DNA from: Thermoplasmata archaeon
Lineage (GTDB): Archaea; Thermoplasmatota; Thermoplasmata; Lutacidiplasmatales; UBA184
Direction: 5' to 3'
NCBI GenBank assembly: GCA_052326305.1
Contig: JBKQPJ010000014.1
Span: forward strand, 9,006-73,005
DNA: 64,000 nucleotides
The position numbers and the translations under genes were made by a program. The notes under the pieces were generated by a model that worked only from the letters and a program-made list of their open reading frames with translations, was not told the DNA's origin and searched no databases. Each line of letters begins with the position of its first letter. The stretch's first letter is position 1. Positions 9,048 to 17,993 of this stretch are shown here, in pieces.

Positions 9048-9638
9048 ATGGCCCCGGCACGGTGTCCGACGTGCGGAGCACCGGTCTCGCCCGGCGCCGG
9101 GTTCTGCGCCTACTGCGGAGCGTCACTGCCCGGGCCGGCCCCGGCTCCGCTCCGCTTCGCGGGAATGCCACCCTCCGCCGTTCCCCCCGGCGGGGCGCCT
9201 CCACCCTACTTTCCGGCGCATCCCCCGTCCCCGCGTCGCCGCTCGCGGCTACTGATCGGGCTGGTCATCCTGGTGGTGCTCCTCCTCGTGGTCGGTGTGA
9301 TCGGGTTCGCCTTCCTGATCGACCGCCCGCCTCCCGTTCAGGTCCTCAACATCAACATCTGGTCGCCCGACAACGTGTGCGGCCTGAACTCGACGTTGAT
9401 CTACTTCGGCGGGTACAACAGTTCGAAGGGCGCGAACGAGACGGTCGAGTTCAAGATGCCGAACTACAACTCGAGCGCCTGCGACGTGCGCCGGGTGAGC
9501 ACGACCACGCCGGGATTCGTTCTCTACGACGTCCAGGTTCCCCGCACGATCCCTCCGGGCGTCTGGGCGCCGCTGAACATCACGATCAAGTCCCCCTCTT
9601 CGCCGTTCTCCGGGAACCTGAACCTCTTCCTCCGTTAG
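9048..9638 (+). CDS. Zinc-ribbon membrane-anchored protein with extracellular beta domain
   Basis: The N-terminus is CPTCGAPVSPGAGFCAYCG (a double CxxC zinc ribbon). A Pro-rich linker and one TM (LLIGLVILVVLLLVVGVIGFAFL) follow, then a sequon-rich domain of about 120 aa. TTACAAATAG lies 31 nt upstream of the ATG. Confidence 0.7.
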   Translation: MAPARCPTCGAPVSPGAGFCAYCGASLPGPAPAPLRFAGMPPSAVPPGGAPPPYFPAHPPSPRRRSRLLIGLVILVVLLLVVGVIGFAFLIDRPPPVQVLNINIWSPDNVCGLNSTLIYFGGYNSSKGANETVEFKMPNYNSSACDVRRVSTTTPGFVLYDVQVPRTIPPGVWAPLNITIKSPSSPFSGNLNLFLR

Positions 9639-9695
9639 CGCCGGGGGGCGTCGGCGAAGCGAGAGAGTTAAGGGCGCGACGCCGGTTCCGTCGAT

Positions 9696-10136
9696 ATGGC
9701 CGTCGCGGGCAGCCCCGCGGTCATCCTGTTCGTCTCGGGCGAGCCCGGCCCGGTCGAGAATACGTTCCGCCGGGGGATCGTGTCGATGGGTCCGAGGATG
9801 TTCGGTATCCTCCGAACCCCCTGGACGCGTATCACCCCGGAGGGAGACCATGAGTACCAGTCCGCCGTCTCGCCGGATCCCGGCGAGGGGGTTACGTGGC
9901 ACGTGCCCGCCCAGGAGGTCGGGTCGGTGGAGATGGTGCGCGATGCCGCGCGCGCCGAGGCGAGGACCGTGACCCTGGTGAACGTGAACGCGCCGGGGGC
10001 CCAGCGGGACCTCGTCACCCGGTGGGTCGGGCCGGACGACGTGCTGCCGATCCTCGTCCGATCTGACGGGGCGCGCCTCGTGGGCATCGAATCGTTCACC
10101 GAGCGCGCGGTCCGGGAGTTCGTCGGGGGGCGCTAG
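9696..10136 (+). CDS. Hypothetical protein
   Basis: 146-aa ORF. TTAAGG lies 27 nt upstream of the ATG, the leaderless spacing. I recognise no family. Confidence 0.5.
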   Translation: MAVAGSPAVILFVSGEPGPVENTFRRGIVSMGPRMFGILRTPWTRITPEGDHEYQSAVSPDPGEGVTWHVPAQEVGSVEMVRDAARAEARTVTLVNVNAPGAQRDLVTRWVGPDDVLPILVRSDGARLVGIESFTERAVREFVGGR

Positions 10137-10182
10137 CCGGCCCCGGATTCATCGGCGGTCGCCCGGCGGTGCCTGGGGGCTC

Positions 10183-10821
10183 CTAGAAGGTCGGCGCGGC
10201 CGTGCGACAGTGCGTGCACGCGCGGGACCACGGAGCGTTCGTCAGCCGACACTGAGGGCAGATCCACGCACGGGCCCACCGCTGCGCCACGGTCGGGGCA
10301 GCTCCTCCGCCCCCACCCGAGCTCCCTGCGGGGGACGCCGCCAGGGAGCTGGAATCTGTGCTCGGGGACGGAAGCGCCCGCGTCGCGGAGGGTCGAGTGG
10401 ACCCGTCTGCGATCGGAGCGGCTCCGCCGCCGAGGGATGCGGTCCGTGACCTTGGAGCCGACCAGAGGCGATCGAGGAGGGTAGCAAGGTTGTACAGGCG
10501 GGCGCCCTCGGGGACGGGGGGCGCGGCAGGGGCGACTGCCGGAGAGGGGGATTCGCTCGGGGGCGAAGAGGGAGCGAGGAGGGCGGCAGGGGGCGGGGCG
10601 TCCGGGACCGCGATGGGCGGAGGAACCGCGACCGGCGAAAGCGTGGCGGTCGGGTGAATCGTGGCCGATGGCTGAGGCGTACTGGGCGGGTGAATCGTGG
10701 CCGACGGCGGAGGCGTCGGGCCAAAACCGGTCTCCTCCGCATTCGGGCCGGGGTACCTCGCTCCGCTCCACGCCGACACGACGTGGAACTTGGGGGGTTT
10801 CCGGAACTCTGCCATCGCCAT
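10183..10821 (-). CDS. Proline-rich protein with C-terminal RanBP2-type zinc finger
   Basis: The ORF extends to 10974, but ATG 10821 lies 32 nt downstream of a TTATA box (minus sense). The Pro-rich middle has the repeated PSATIHP. The C-terminus WICPQCRLTNAPWSRACTHC fits W-x-C-x2-C-x3-N-x6-C-x2-C exactly. Confidence 0.6.
   Translation of the reverse strand: MAMAEFRKPPKFHVVSAWSGARYPGPNAEETGFGPTPPPSATIHPPSTPQPSATIHPTATLSPVAVPPPIAVPDAPPPAALLAPSSPPSESPSPAVAPAAPPVPEGARLYNLATLLDRLWSAPRSRTASLGGGAAPIADGSTRPSATRALPSPSTDSSSLAASPAGSSGGGGGAAPTVAQRWARAWICPQCRLTNAPWSRACTHCRTAAPTF
10652..10720. repeat. Two tandem ~36-nt units inside the Pro-rich gene
   Basis: The core GGGTGAATCGTGGCCGA occurs at 10652-10668 and again at 10688-10704. 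Each copy is followed by ..GAGGCGT... The units encode the repeated P(P/Q)PSATIHP. Confidence 0.8.
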
Positions 10822-11011
10822 GGACCCGTCTGTGACCGAGTTTTCACCTATAAGAACCGACGTTCCAAAGGCATTTGCGGTCCCCGCCGCGACGGCTCCC
10901 CGAGGCACGCACCCCCCCTTTCGATAGGCGATCCGTCCGCGAGACGCCTCGGTGGATCCCCCGGCCGCCGACACGAACCCTTATTTTCTGTCACGGCCCC
11001 CCGGACCCATC

Positions 11012-11680
11012 GTGAGGACCCACATCCCGGAACGATCGTCGGTGTGGCCGGTCCGGATCGTGGGGGACATCCACTGGATCCTCTCGACGCGACGCCGGTG
11101 GGACTGGGCCTGGGGCGACCCATGGCATGCCGCCCTGGCGATGTACGGGGATTACCTGCGGGCGGACTACCTGTACCGCCTTGTTCGGCAATGTCGCCCG
11201 GAGATCGCGGTGGAGACCGGGGTCCATTTCGGCAAGACGTCGACCGCGATCCTGGCCGCCCTTCATCGCAACCGCCACGGGCGTCTGATCTCGATCGACC
11301 TTCCCCGCACCGCGGCGACGGTGAACGCGGACGGGCGGCTCGCCCACGCGCACGTTAGATCGCTGGACGAGACCGGCCACCTCGTTCCCCACGACCTGCG
11401 CGATCGCTGGGACCTTCGACTGGGGGATGCCCGGGTCCTGCTGCCCCCCGCCCTGGAGGGCGGCCTCGGCTTCTTCTTCCACGATTCGGATCACTCGCAC
11501 GCGCACCAGGAGTTCGAGTTCGAGACGGCGTGGCGGGCGCTGTCGGTCGGGGGCGTGCTGGCCTCGGACGACACCGACTGGTCGACCGCGTGGCCGGAGT
11601 TCCTCGCGCGCCACCGCGGGGAGCTCGAGCCGCTTCCCAATGGACCGGCCGGGATACGGGCGGTTCGCCGGACCGCCTAG
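11012..11680 (+). CDS. Class I SAM-dependent methyltransferase (CmcI/Methyltransf_24-like)
   Basis: VETGVHFGKTSTAILAAL is a motif I-type Gly loop. It is followed by LISIDL and FFHDSDHSH. The ORF opens at 10952, but GTG 11012 sits about 30 nt after the CTTATTTTCT box, so the start is uncertain. Confidence 0.75.
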   Translation: MRTHIPERSSVWPVRIVGDIHWILSTRRRWDWAWGDPWHAALAMYGDYLRADYLYRLVRQCRPEIAVETGVHFGKTSTAILAALHRNRHGRLISIDLPRTAATVNADGRLAHAHVRSLDETGHLVPHDLRDRWDLRLGDARVLLPPALEGGLGFFFHDSDHSHAHQEFEFETAWRALSVGGVLASDDTDWSTAWPEFLARHRGELEPLPNGPAGIRAVRRTA

Positions 11681-11854
11681 ACCCGTTCTGCGCCGCGCGA
11701 AATCGACTGCCCGGCACTTGGACGCCGACCGGTACGGCACGAAGTCCGGGACGATCGGTCGAGCTCCGATCCCGAGCCCGGGGAGGGGCGCCGGGGCCGA
11801 CGGGCGTCATCCGTGCCTGTCTTAACCTGACGCCGGATTCCTTTCCGATACGAA

Positions 11855-13219
11855 ATGGCCGAACAGCAACGCCCCCCCCGCCACGCTCCCTCCCCGGGAA
11901 CCGAAGTGCGGTTCGAAGAGATGGCCCTCCACCCGACGCTGCGGCAAGGGATCCGGGAGATGGGCTACCATACCGCCACCCCCATCCAGAGCAGGGCGAT
12001 CCCGGACGCGGTCGGCGGCCGCGACATCGTGGCGACCGCCCAGACCGGGACGGGGAAGACCGCCGCTTTCCTTCTGCCGATCCTCGAACGGACCCTCGAC
12101 CTTCCGCACGGCCACATCTACGCGCTCGTGCTGACCCCCACCCGAGAGCTCGCGCTGCAGGCCGAGGGTTTCGTCAAGAAGCTCGGCCACTACACGAAGC
12201 GGCGCGGGGCGGCCGTCTACGGCGGTGTGGGCATGGAGCCCCAGACCCGCGCCCTGCGCGGAGGGGCGGAGATCATCATCGCCACGCCGGGGCGGCTCCT
12301 CGACCATATGAATCGGGGGTACGTCAATTTCGACTCCCTGAAGATCCTCGTGCTGGACGAGGCCGACCGGATGCTGGACATGGGCTTCCTTCCCGACGTG
12401 CGTCGCATCCTGACCGGGATCCCGCGCGTCCGCCAGACGATGCTCTTCTCCGCGACCATGCCCCCCGCGATCGTCGAGCTCGCGCACGAGTTCCTCCGCG
12501 AGCCCCGCATGGTCCACGTCGACCCGACGACCGTCGCCGCGGTCGGTGTCTCCCACCTCGCGCTGCCGGTGCCGGGCCACCTCAAGGCCGCGCTCCTCCG
12601 CGAGCTGCTCCGCGACGAGACGATGTCGAGCGTGCTCGTCTTCGCCCGAACGAAGCACCGCGCGGACCGCCTCGCCCGCCAGCTCGACCAGTGGGGGATC
12701 TCCACCTCGGTGATCCACGGCAACCGCAGCCAGAGCCAGCGGGTCAGCGCCCTCGAGGGGTTCCGCGAGGGCGACCACCGCGTGCTCGTGGCGACCGACA
12801 TCGCCGCCCGGGGGATCGATGTCGAGGGCGTGAGCCATGTCATCAATTTCGACATTCCGGTCGAGCCCGAGGCGTACGTCCATCGGGTCGGGCGGACCGC
12901 CCGGGCCCAGCGGCAGGGGGACGCGTACAGCTTCGTGAGCCCCGACGAGCAGTCCAACTTCGGCCGGGTCGAGAGGCTCCTCGGGTTCGAGATACCGCGC
13001 GCCCGCATCCCGGGCTTCGCCTACGACGCCCCCGCCCCTCCGCGCGCCGCCGGTGGGGGGGAATCCTCGGGCCGGGGCCGCGGGGGGGGTCGGTCGGACC
13101 GGGGTCGGCCACCGCGCTCCCGCGACCGGGGAGAACGCCGCCGGGACGGCCCTTCGCGTTCGACCCGGTCCGAGGACTCCTCGGGTGGGCGGAACCGTCG
13201 GACCTACCGCCGCTGGTGA
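11855..13219 (+). CDS. DEAD-box ATP-dependent RNA helicase with RG-rich C-terminal tail
   Basis: The Q-motif/TPIQ, AQTGTGKT, VLDEADRMLD, SAT and HRVGRTARA motifs are all present. The last ~70 aa are Arg/Gly/Ser-rich. Confidence 0.95.
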   Translation: MAEQQRPPRHAPSPGTEVRFEEMALHPTLRQGIREMGYHTATPIQSRAIPDAVGGRDIVATAQTGTGKTAAFLLPILERTLDLPHGHIYALVLTPTRELALQAEGFVKKLGHYTKRRGAAVYGGVGMEPQTRALRGGAEIIIATPGRLLDHMNRGYVNFDSLKILVLDEADRMLDMGFLPDVRRILTGIPRVRQTMLFSATMPPAIVELAHEFLREPRMVHVDPTTVAAVGVSHLALPVPGHLKAALLRELLRDETMSSVLVFARTKHRADRLARQLDQWGISTSVIHGNRSQSQRVSALEGFREGDHRVLVATDIAARGIDVEGVSHVINFDIPVEPEAYVHRVGRTARAQRQGDAYSFVSPDEQSNFGRVERLLGFEIPRARIPGFAYDAPAPPRAAGGGESSGRGRGGGRSDRGRPPRSRDRGERRRDGPSRSTRSEDSSGGRNRRTYRRW

Positions 13220-13435
13220 GCTCCCTCCCTTCTGGTCCCGGGGCGTTTGCCGGGCCCGTTAGTAGCCGACAGCGCGACATTCCGGGGACGCCTTGCGCGT
13301 TCCGGTAGGTTAAGATAGGGTGCGGTTGATGCAACCCGAGAAAGCGTCCGCGGCCCCCGGTCCGCCCGTCGGTCCCCCGTCGGCGGCCCCGAGGCGTCCG
13401 GCACGCCGAGAGAACCGGGGAGGAGGGAGACCGAC

Positions 13436-14347
13436 ATGAGGAGGTCGCTGGCGCAGGCGCTGCCCCACCGGCCGCTCCTGTTCGAGCCGGTTCCCCCGTC
13501 GGCACGCACCTCGCCGGATAAGGTCGAGGCGTACGTCCGCCACGTGGTGTCGCTCCTCGCGGCACACCCGCGGGTCGACGCGTTCGTCGTCCCGGAGCTC
13601 GTGAGCGAGAACCACAACGGGGAGCCCCGGTACCGCTCGGGGGACATCCGACGTTTCGCGAGCGCCGTCTCGCGCGATTCCGGCTGCGAGGCGATCCTCA
13701 ACCGGGTCGTCGCCCATGTTCCCTCGATCCCCGAGCTCGAGGAGTGGTGCCGCAAGACGGTCGGCGAAGGGATCCGGAACGTGATGTTCATCGGCGGCAC
13801 GAGCCGCTACATCCCGTACCCCGGCCCCTCGGTGGTGCAAGCGAACTCCGGGGTCCTTCCGCTGATGAAGAGCCACTCCGGCCTCATCGGCAACGTCGTG
13901 ATCCCCCACCGGGTGGACGAAGGGTACCGGATGCTCACGAAGACCAAGACCGGCGCGTCGTTCTTCACGACGCAGATCCTCTTCGACCCGGAGCCGGTCG
14001 CTCGCCTGATCGACGAGTACGGGCGGCTCTGCCGCGCGTACGGCGTCGCCCCGGCGGCGGTGATCCTCTCCGTGGCCCCGGTCGCCGACGAGGACGACCT
14101 CGAGTTCGTCCGATGGCTTGGCGCCGAGGTCCCCGAGCGGATCGAGCGAACGCTCGTCTCCGAGGACGGCTCCGCCTCGATCTCCGCTGCGCTCGCGACC
14201 TGGGGGGGCGTCCTCCGGGAGGCGAAGGGGTGGGAGGTCGCGGTCCCCCTCGGGGTGAACGTCGAGGTCGTCTCCCCGCACCACTTCGCGACGGCCGTCG
14301 AGCTGTTGACCGCCTTCGAACGGGAGATCGGCGACGCCGCCGGATAG
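13436..14347 (+). CDS. Methylenetetrahydrofolate reductase-like (MetF-like) protein
   Basis: 303-aa ORF with a strong GGAGGAGGGAG before the ATG. GIRNVMFIGGTS and GASFFTTQILFDPE resemble MTHFR barrel motifs. Confidence 0.65.
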   Translation: MRRSLAQALPHRPLLFEPVPPSARTSPDKVEAYVRHVVSLLAAHPRVDAFVVPELVSENHNGEPRYRSGDIRRFASAVSRDSGCEAILNRVVAHVPSIPELEEWCRKTVGEGIRNVMFIGGTSRYIPYPGPSVVQANSGVLPLMKSHSGLIGNVVIPHRVDEGYRMLTKTKTGASFFTTQILFDPEPVARLIDEYGRLCRAYGVAPAAVILSVAPVADEDDLEFVRWLGAEVPERIERTLVSEDGSASISAALATWGGVLREAKGWEVAVPLGVNVEVVSPHHFATAVELLTAFEREIGDAAG

Positions 14348-14351
14348 AGCG

Positions 14352-15296
14352 ATGACCACCTATCGAACCGGGGCGACGGGGCCGTTCCCGAGGCCGGAAG
14401 AGCTCGTCCAGGCGACGCGGGACCTCGACCGGGGGAGGATCCCCCCCGAGGCGGCCGAAGCCGCGTTCGCGAAGGCCGAAGCTGAGGTCGCCGCCGTCGA
14501 GGAGCGTTTGCGCTTCGATGTGCGCACGGGCGGGTACCTCCGGTGGCCCGACCTGCTGCGGCCGTTCACCGAGCTCTGGGGCGGCGTGGAGACCGGCCCG
14601 TTGACCCGCTTCTTCGAGACGAACACCTTCTACCGGCAGCCGATCTTCCGGAGCCGGCCGACCGGCGGCAGCGGTCGGCTCGGGCGTTGGCTGCCCGACC
14701 CGACGACCGGTCGGGCGATCCTTCCCGGGCCATACACGTTCCGGGCGCTCTCCGACGTCCAGTACGCCCCCGCGGATTCGGACCTCCCGGTCGAGCACAT
14801 CGCGGAGGCGATGGCGGCGGAGCTGCGCGCCCTGGGGTCGGCCGTCCCGCACCAGGTCCAGTTCCAGGAGCCGATGCTCGTCTACGACCCTCCGCGGGGC
14901 GAGGACGCCTCCCTCGTCCGCGCCTACCGGCACCTCGCCGACGCGCTGCCTCGCTCCACGAAGATCGTCTGGACGTACTTCGGGGACGTCGGCCCGGTCC
15001 TGCCCACCCTCGCGAAGCTCCCGGTCGACGTCGTCGGCTTCGACCTGTTCGAGTCGACGATCGGACCGGGCGCCTCCCTCGCGGGAAAGGGGATCGGGGC
15101 GGGATGCATCGACTCGCGCACCACGCTCGCCGAAGAGCCCGCGGAGGTCGCGCGGCTCGTGCGATCGGCCGTGGGATCCCTCGCTCCCGCGACCGTCTGG
15201 CTCGGCCCGAGCCCGCCGCTCGACCTCCTCCCGTTCGGGGCGGCGGTCGCGAAGCTGGCCCTGCTCCCCCAGCTCAAGGAGGAGCTCTCCCGATGA
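14352..15296 (+). CDS. Stand-alone MetE N-terminal-domain-like protein (Meth_synt_1-like)
   Basis: 314-aa ORF. RFFETNTFYRQPI resembles the MetE N-barrel F-D-T-N-Y-H-Y segment. I see no His-x-Cys or Cys zinc-ligand motifs. It overlaps the next gene by ATGA. Confidence 0.65.
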   Translation: MTTYRTGATGPFPRPEELVQATRDLDRGRIPPEAAEAAFAKAEAEVAAVEERLRFDVRTGGYLRWPDLLRPFTELWGGVETGPLTRFFETNTFYRQPIFRSRPTGGSGRLGRWLPDPTTGRAILPGPYTFRALSDVQYAPADSDLPVEHIAEAMAAELRALGSAVPHQVQFQEPMLVYDPPRGEDASLVRAYRHLADALPRSTKIVWTYFGDVGPVLPTLAKLPVDVVGFDLFESTIGPGASLAGKGIGAGCIDSRTTLAEEPAEVARLVRSAVGSLAPATVWLGPSPPLDLLPFGAAVAKLALLPQLKEELSR

Positions 15297-16345
15297 CGTT
15301 GTTCCCCACCCAGGAGATCGGGAGCCTTCCAAAGGCGACCCCGGAGACGATCGCGCGGTGGGCCGAGCGCGTCGGCCTCCCGCCCGGACCCCCGGGGGCC
15401 CCGCTCCCCGAGCTGCGCTCGCGGTTCAACCTCGCCTTCCTCCGGGCCGCCGGGCTCGACCGCGTCTACGACGGGGAGGCGCACCGCATCGAGATGTCCG
15501 AGCACCCGTTCCGGTCGATCCAGGGCGCGGAGTTCGTCGGGCACGTCCGATCCTTCGACAACAAGTACTTCCGCAAGGCGGCGGTCCGCGCCCCGGTCGG
15601 GCTGGCCCATCCCTACCACAGCGACGAGTTTCGCTCGGTCCTCGCGACCGTCGGACCCGGCGGGGCGCCGACCCTCAAGGTACCCGTGACCGGGCCGTAC
15701 ACCCTCTCGGAATGGACGTTCAACGACTACTACCTCGGGCGGGCCCCGAACCGGTACCGCCGGGAGGGCCGGACGAGCGCCCAGCGGGAGCTCGTCCTCG
15801 CCCTGGCCCGCGACGTGCTGCGGCCCACCCTCGCCGACCTCGTGCGGCTCGGCGCGAAGCTGATCCAGATCGACGAGCCGGCGCTCGGCACGCACCCGGA
15901 CGAGACGGCGCTCGCCGTCGAAGGGTTCGAGACGGCCGTCCGGGGCCTCGACGCGGAGTTCACGATGCATCTCTGCTTCTCCGACTACCCGCGGCTCGTG
16001 CCCGCGATCCTCGAGGCGAGGTCGTGTCGCGAGTGGGCGCTCGAGTTCGCGAACCGCGATGCCCCGGGCCACGACGCCTACGCCCTCCTCGCCGAGCTGC
16101 GGCGCTACGGGGACGAGCGCCGCATCGGGCTCGGCGTCCTCGACGTGCACCGCGACGAGGTCGAGTCGGCCGAGACCGTCGCCGACCGGATCGTGCGGGC
16201 CAGCCGGCACCTGGGGGACCCGACCCGCATCCGGGTGAACCCCGACTGCGGCCTGCGGACCCGGTCGTGGGACGTCATCTGGGCGAAGCTGACCCACATG
16301 GTCGAGGGCGCCGCACGGGCCCGGCGCACCCTCGAGAAGTCGTAG
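15293..16345 (+). CDS. metE: Cobalamin-independent methionine synthase catalytic-domain protein (MetE C-terminal/Meth_synt_2-like)
   Basis: 350 aa from ATG 15293. It carries TQEIGSLPK, the zinc-ligand style motifs HLCFSDY and NPDCGL, and VLDVHRDEVES. Confidence 0.8.
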   Translation: MTLFPTQEIGSLPKATPETIARWAERVGLPPGPPGAPLPELRSRFNLAFLRAAGLDRVYDGEAHRIEMSEHPFRSIQGAEFVGHVRSFDNKYFRKAAVRAPVGLAHPYHSDEFRSVLATVGPGGAPTLKVPVTGPYTLSEWTFNDYYLGRAPNRYRREGRTSAQRELVLALARDVLRPTLADLVRLGAKLIQIDEPALGTHPDETALAVEGFETAVRGLDAEFTMHLCFSDYPRLVPAILEARSCREWALEFANRDAPGHDAYALLAELRRYGDERRIGLGVLDVHRDEVESAETVADRIVRASRHLGDPTRIRVNPDCGLRTRSWDVIWAKLTHMVEGAARARRTLEKS

Positions 16346-16404
16346 AATTCGGGGGAGCGCGTGGCGGGCGGGCTAGCGCGGGGCGGGGGGCGTACTGTCC
16401 CGGC

Positions 16405-17019
16405 TCAGGCCGACGTCGTGTTGTAGTACACCGTGTAGTTGCCGCTGACGCTGACCGGGATGATCACCGTCGTCCAGACGTACCCGCGGAGACCGACCGT
16501 CTGGCCGGGAACGAAGTGGAGCGGCCCACTGAGCGGCTCGGAGTACGGCGTGTTCGAGGTCGAGAAGCAGCAGTACGTCGTGATGTTGAACAGCGCGGCG
16601 TCGGGACCGCTCGTCCCCAGCGTCGGCAGGGAGAACGATTCGTCGCCGACCGCCGTGTTCGTCACGTTGAAGTAGAAGTAGATCCCGATCTCGGGCGGGG
16701 AGTACTGCGCGTAGGAATTCGGCAGCTCGGGGCACTCCGGGCAGAAGCTCGCCCCGTTGATCTGCGAGAAGTAGTTCTTGCTCGCTCCCGTGTAGTCGAC
16801 CGCCCAGACGACGTCAAGGATCATCTCGTGGTGCGGGTTGAGGTCGGGCCCGGTCGGGGCCTTGGAACCGGACGCGTGGTGGACCAGCCCGAAGAAGTCG
16901 GTCACGGCGCCCACTTCGAGCAGGACCGCGACGGCGCACGCGATCCCCACGGCGACGACGACGGGGTGGTGCTTCGCCCCCCGAAGGAAGCGGTTCGGCC
17001 GACGGTACGGGGACCCCAT
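16405..17019 (-). CDS. Membrane-anchored secreted protein, sequon-rich
   Basis: 204 aa. The N-terminal anchor is RFLRGAKHHPVVVAVGIACAVAVLL. Several N-x-S/T sequons are present (NVTN, NITT, NYTV, NTTS). The start lies 1 nt after the stop of the upstream pilin-like gene. Confidence 0.55.
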   Translation of the reverse strand: MGSPYRRPNRFLRGAKHHPVVVAVGIACAVAVLLEVGAVTDFFGLVHHASGSKAPTGPDLNPHHEMILDVVWAVDYTGASKNYFSQINGASFCPECPELPNSYAQYSPPEIGIYFYFNVTNTAVGDESFSLPTLGTSGPDAALFNITTYCCFSTSNTPYSEPLSGPLHFVPGQTVGLRGYVWTTVIIPVSVSGNYTVYYNTTSA

Positions 17020-17020
17020 G

Positions 17021-17911
17021 CTACACGATGAAGAGCGGGATCGACGCCAGGATGATCCCCGGATTCCACTGGGTGTCCACGAGATTGATCTGGCAGGCCC
17101 CCTGGACGGTGAAGCACCACGGGGGGGCGCCGTGGTAGTCGTCGCCGTCCGATATGTTCCACGTCGACATCGGCTCGATCGGGTTGGGCGCCTCGAGCAC
17201 CGAGTTCGGGGTGTGGACGTAGATGTAGAGGGTCTGGGCCGGCCCGAGGTCGTGGTTGTTGTAGTCGACCGGATCGAAGTAGCCGAGCCGATTGTAGTAG
17301 ACGCTGTTCGCCCCGCTGCCGCCCGCCTGGTACGTCGCGCACTTCCCGAGCAGCGGGGCGGTCGAGGCGTTCAGGGCCTGCGACGATCCGGGGACCCACT
17401 CCATGTAGGCGAGCGGTCCCGAGACGAGCGTCGTCTGGACGTACTTCGGGGTCGTGTTCGTGCAGATGAACTGGAACTGGACATACTTGAGGGGGATCGC
17501 CGCCGAGACGTCCACGATCTCGATCGCGGAGACGTTCATGTTGTTGTAGATCCCGACGTTGCCGTCCTCGCAGTCCGCCCACCAGGCGTTCATGTAGGTG
17601 TTGTAGAGCGTCGTCGACTTCCCGGGCCCGAGATAGTACGTTGGATCGGTCGGGTTCGGGTCCGTTCCCTTGGGGAGATCCGCCGGATTGGGGTAGCAGT
17701 CCGTGGGGTCGCCCCACACGGGGCGGCTCGCGCCGGTGACCACCTGGTACGCGACCCTCGGCGGCGCAGGCGTCAGCGGGAACTTGAGCGCGTAGATGAG
17801 CAGACAGAGGACGACCGTGATCGCCACGAGGAGGGTCATCCCGATGCTCTCGGAGATCCCCCGAGACCCCCCGAGGGGGCGGAGCCGGAACCGACGCCGG
17901 AATCGGGTCAC
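17021..17911 (-). CDS. Archaeal type IV pilin-like protein (class III signal peptide, Pilin_N/DUF1628-like)
   Basis: The N-terminus RPLGGSRG/ISESIGMTLLVAITVVLCLLIY matches the archaeal prepilin pattern (basic-G, then a hydrophobic helix with VAITVVL). A sequon-rich globular domain of about 250 aa follows. Confidence 0.7.
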   Translation of the reverse strand: MTRFRRRFRLRPLGGSRGISESIGMTLLVAITVVLCLLIYALKFPLTPAPPRVAYQVVTGASRPVWGDPTDCYPNPADLPKGTDPNPTDPTYYLGPGKSTTLYNTYMNAWWADCEDGNVGIYNNMNVSAIEIVDVSAAIPLKYVQFQFICTNTTPKYVQTTLVSGPLAYMEWVPGSSQALNASTAPLLGKCATYQAGGSGANSVYYNRLGYFDPVDYNNHDLGPAQTLYIYVHTPNSVLEAPNPIEPMSTWNISDGDDYHGAPPWCFTVQGACQINLVDTQWNPGIILASIPLFIV

Positions 17912-17993
17912 GACCGTATTAATGCCGGGTTCGATGAGATAAGCCTTACCCGGGGGACCCCGGCCCGGCCGCGGCGGGCGGCCCCTCGGGCGC

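Noticed and set aside
11530-13308. 592-aa plus-strand ORF overlapping the DEAD-box helicase gene
   Set aside because: It is a low-complexity Arg/Pro-rich translation. The helicase frame carries every conserved motif.
13329-13439. 36-codon upstream ORF ending in an ATGA overlap with the metF-like start
   Set aside because: It encodes a Pro/Ala/Gly/Arg-rich peptide with no internal Met codons, so it cannot be a Met-sensing leader peptide. Its ATG lies too close (19 nt) to the TTAAGATA box to be on the predicted transcript. It was kept only as part of the long-leader remark.
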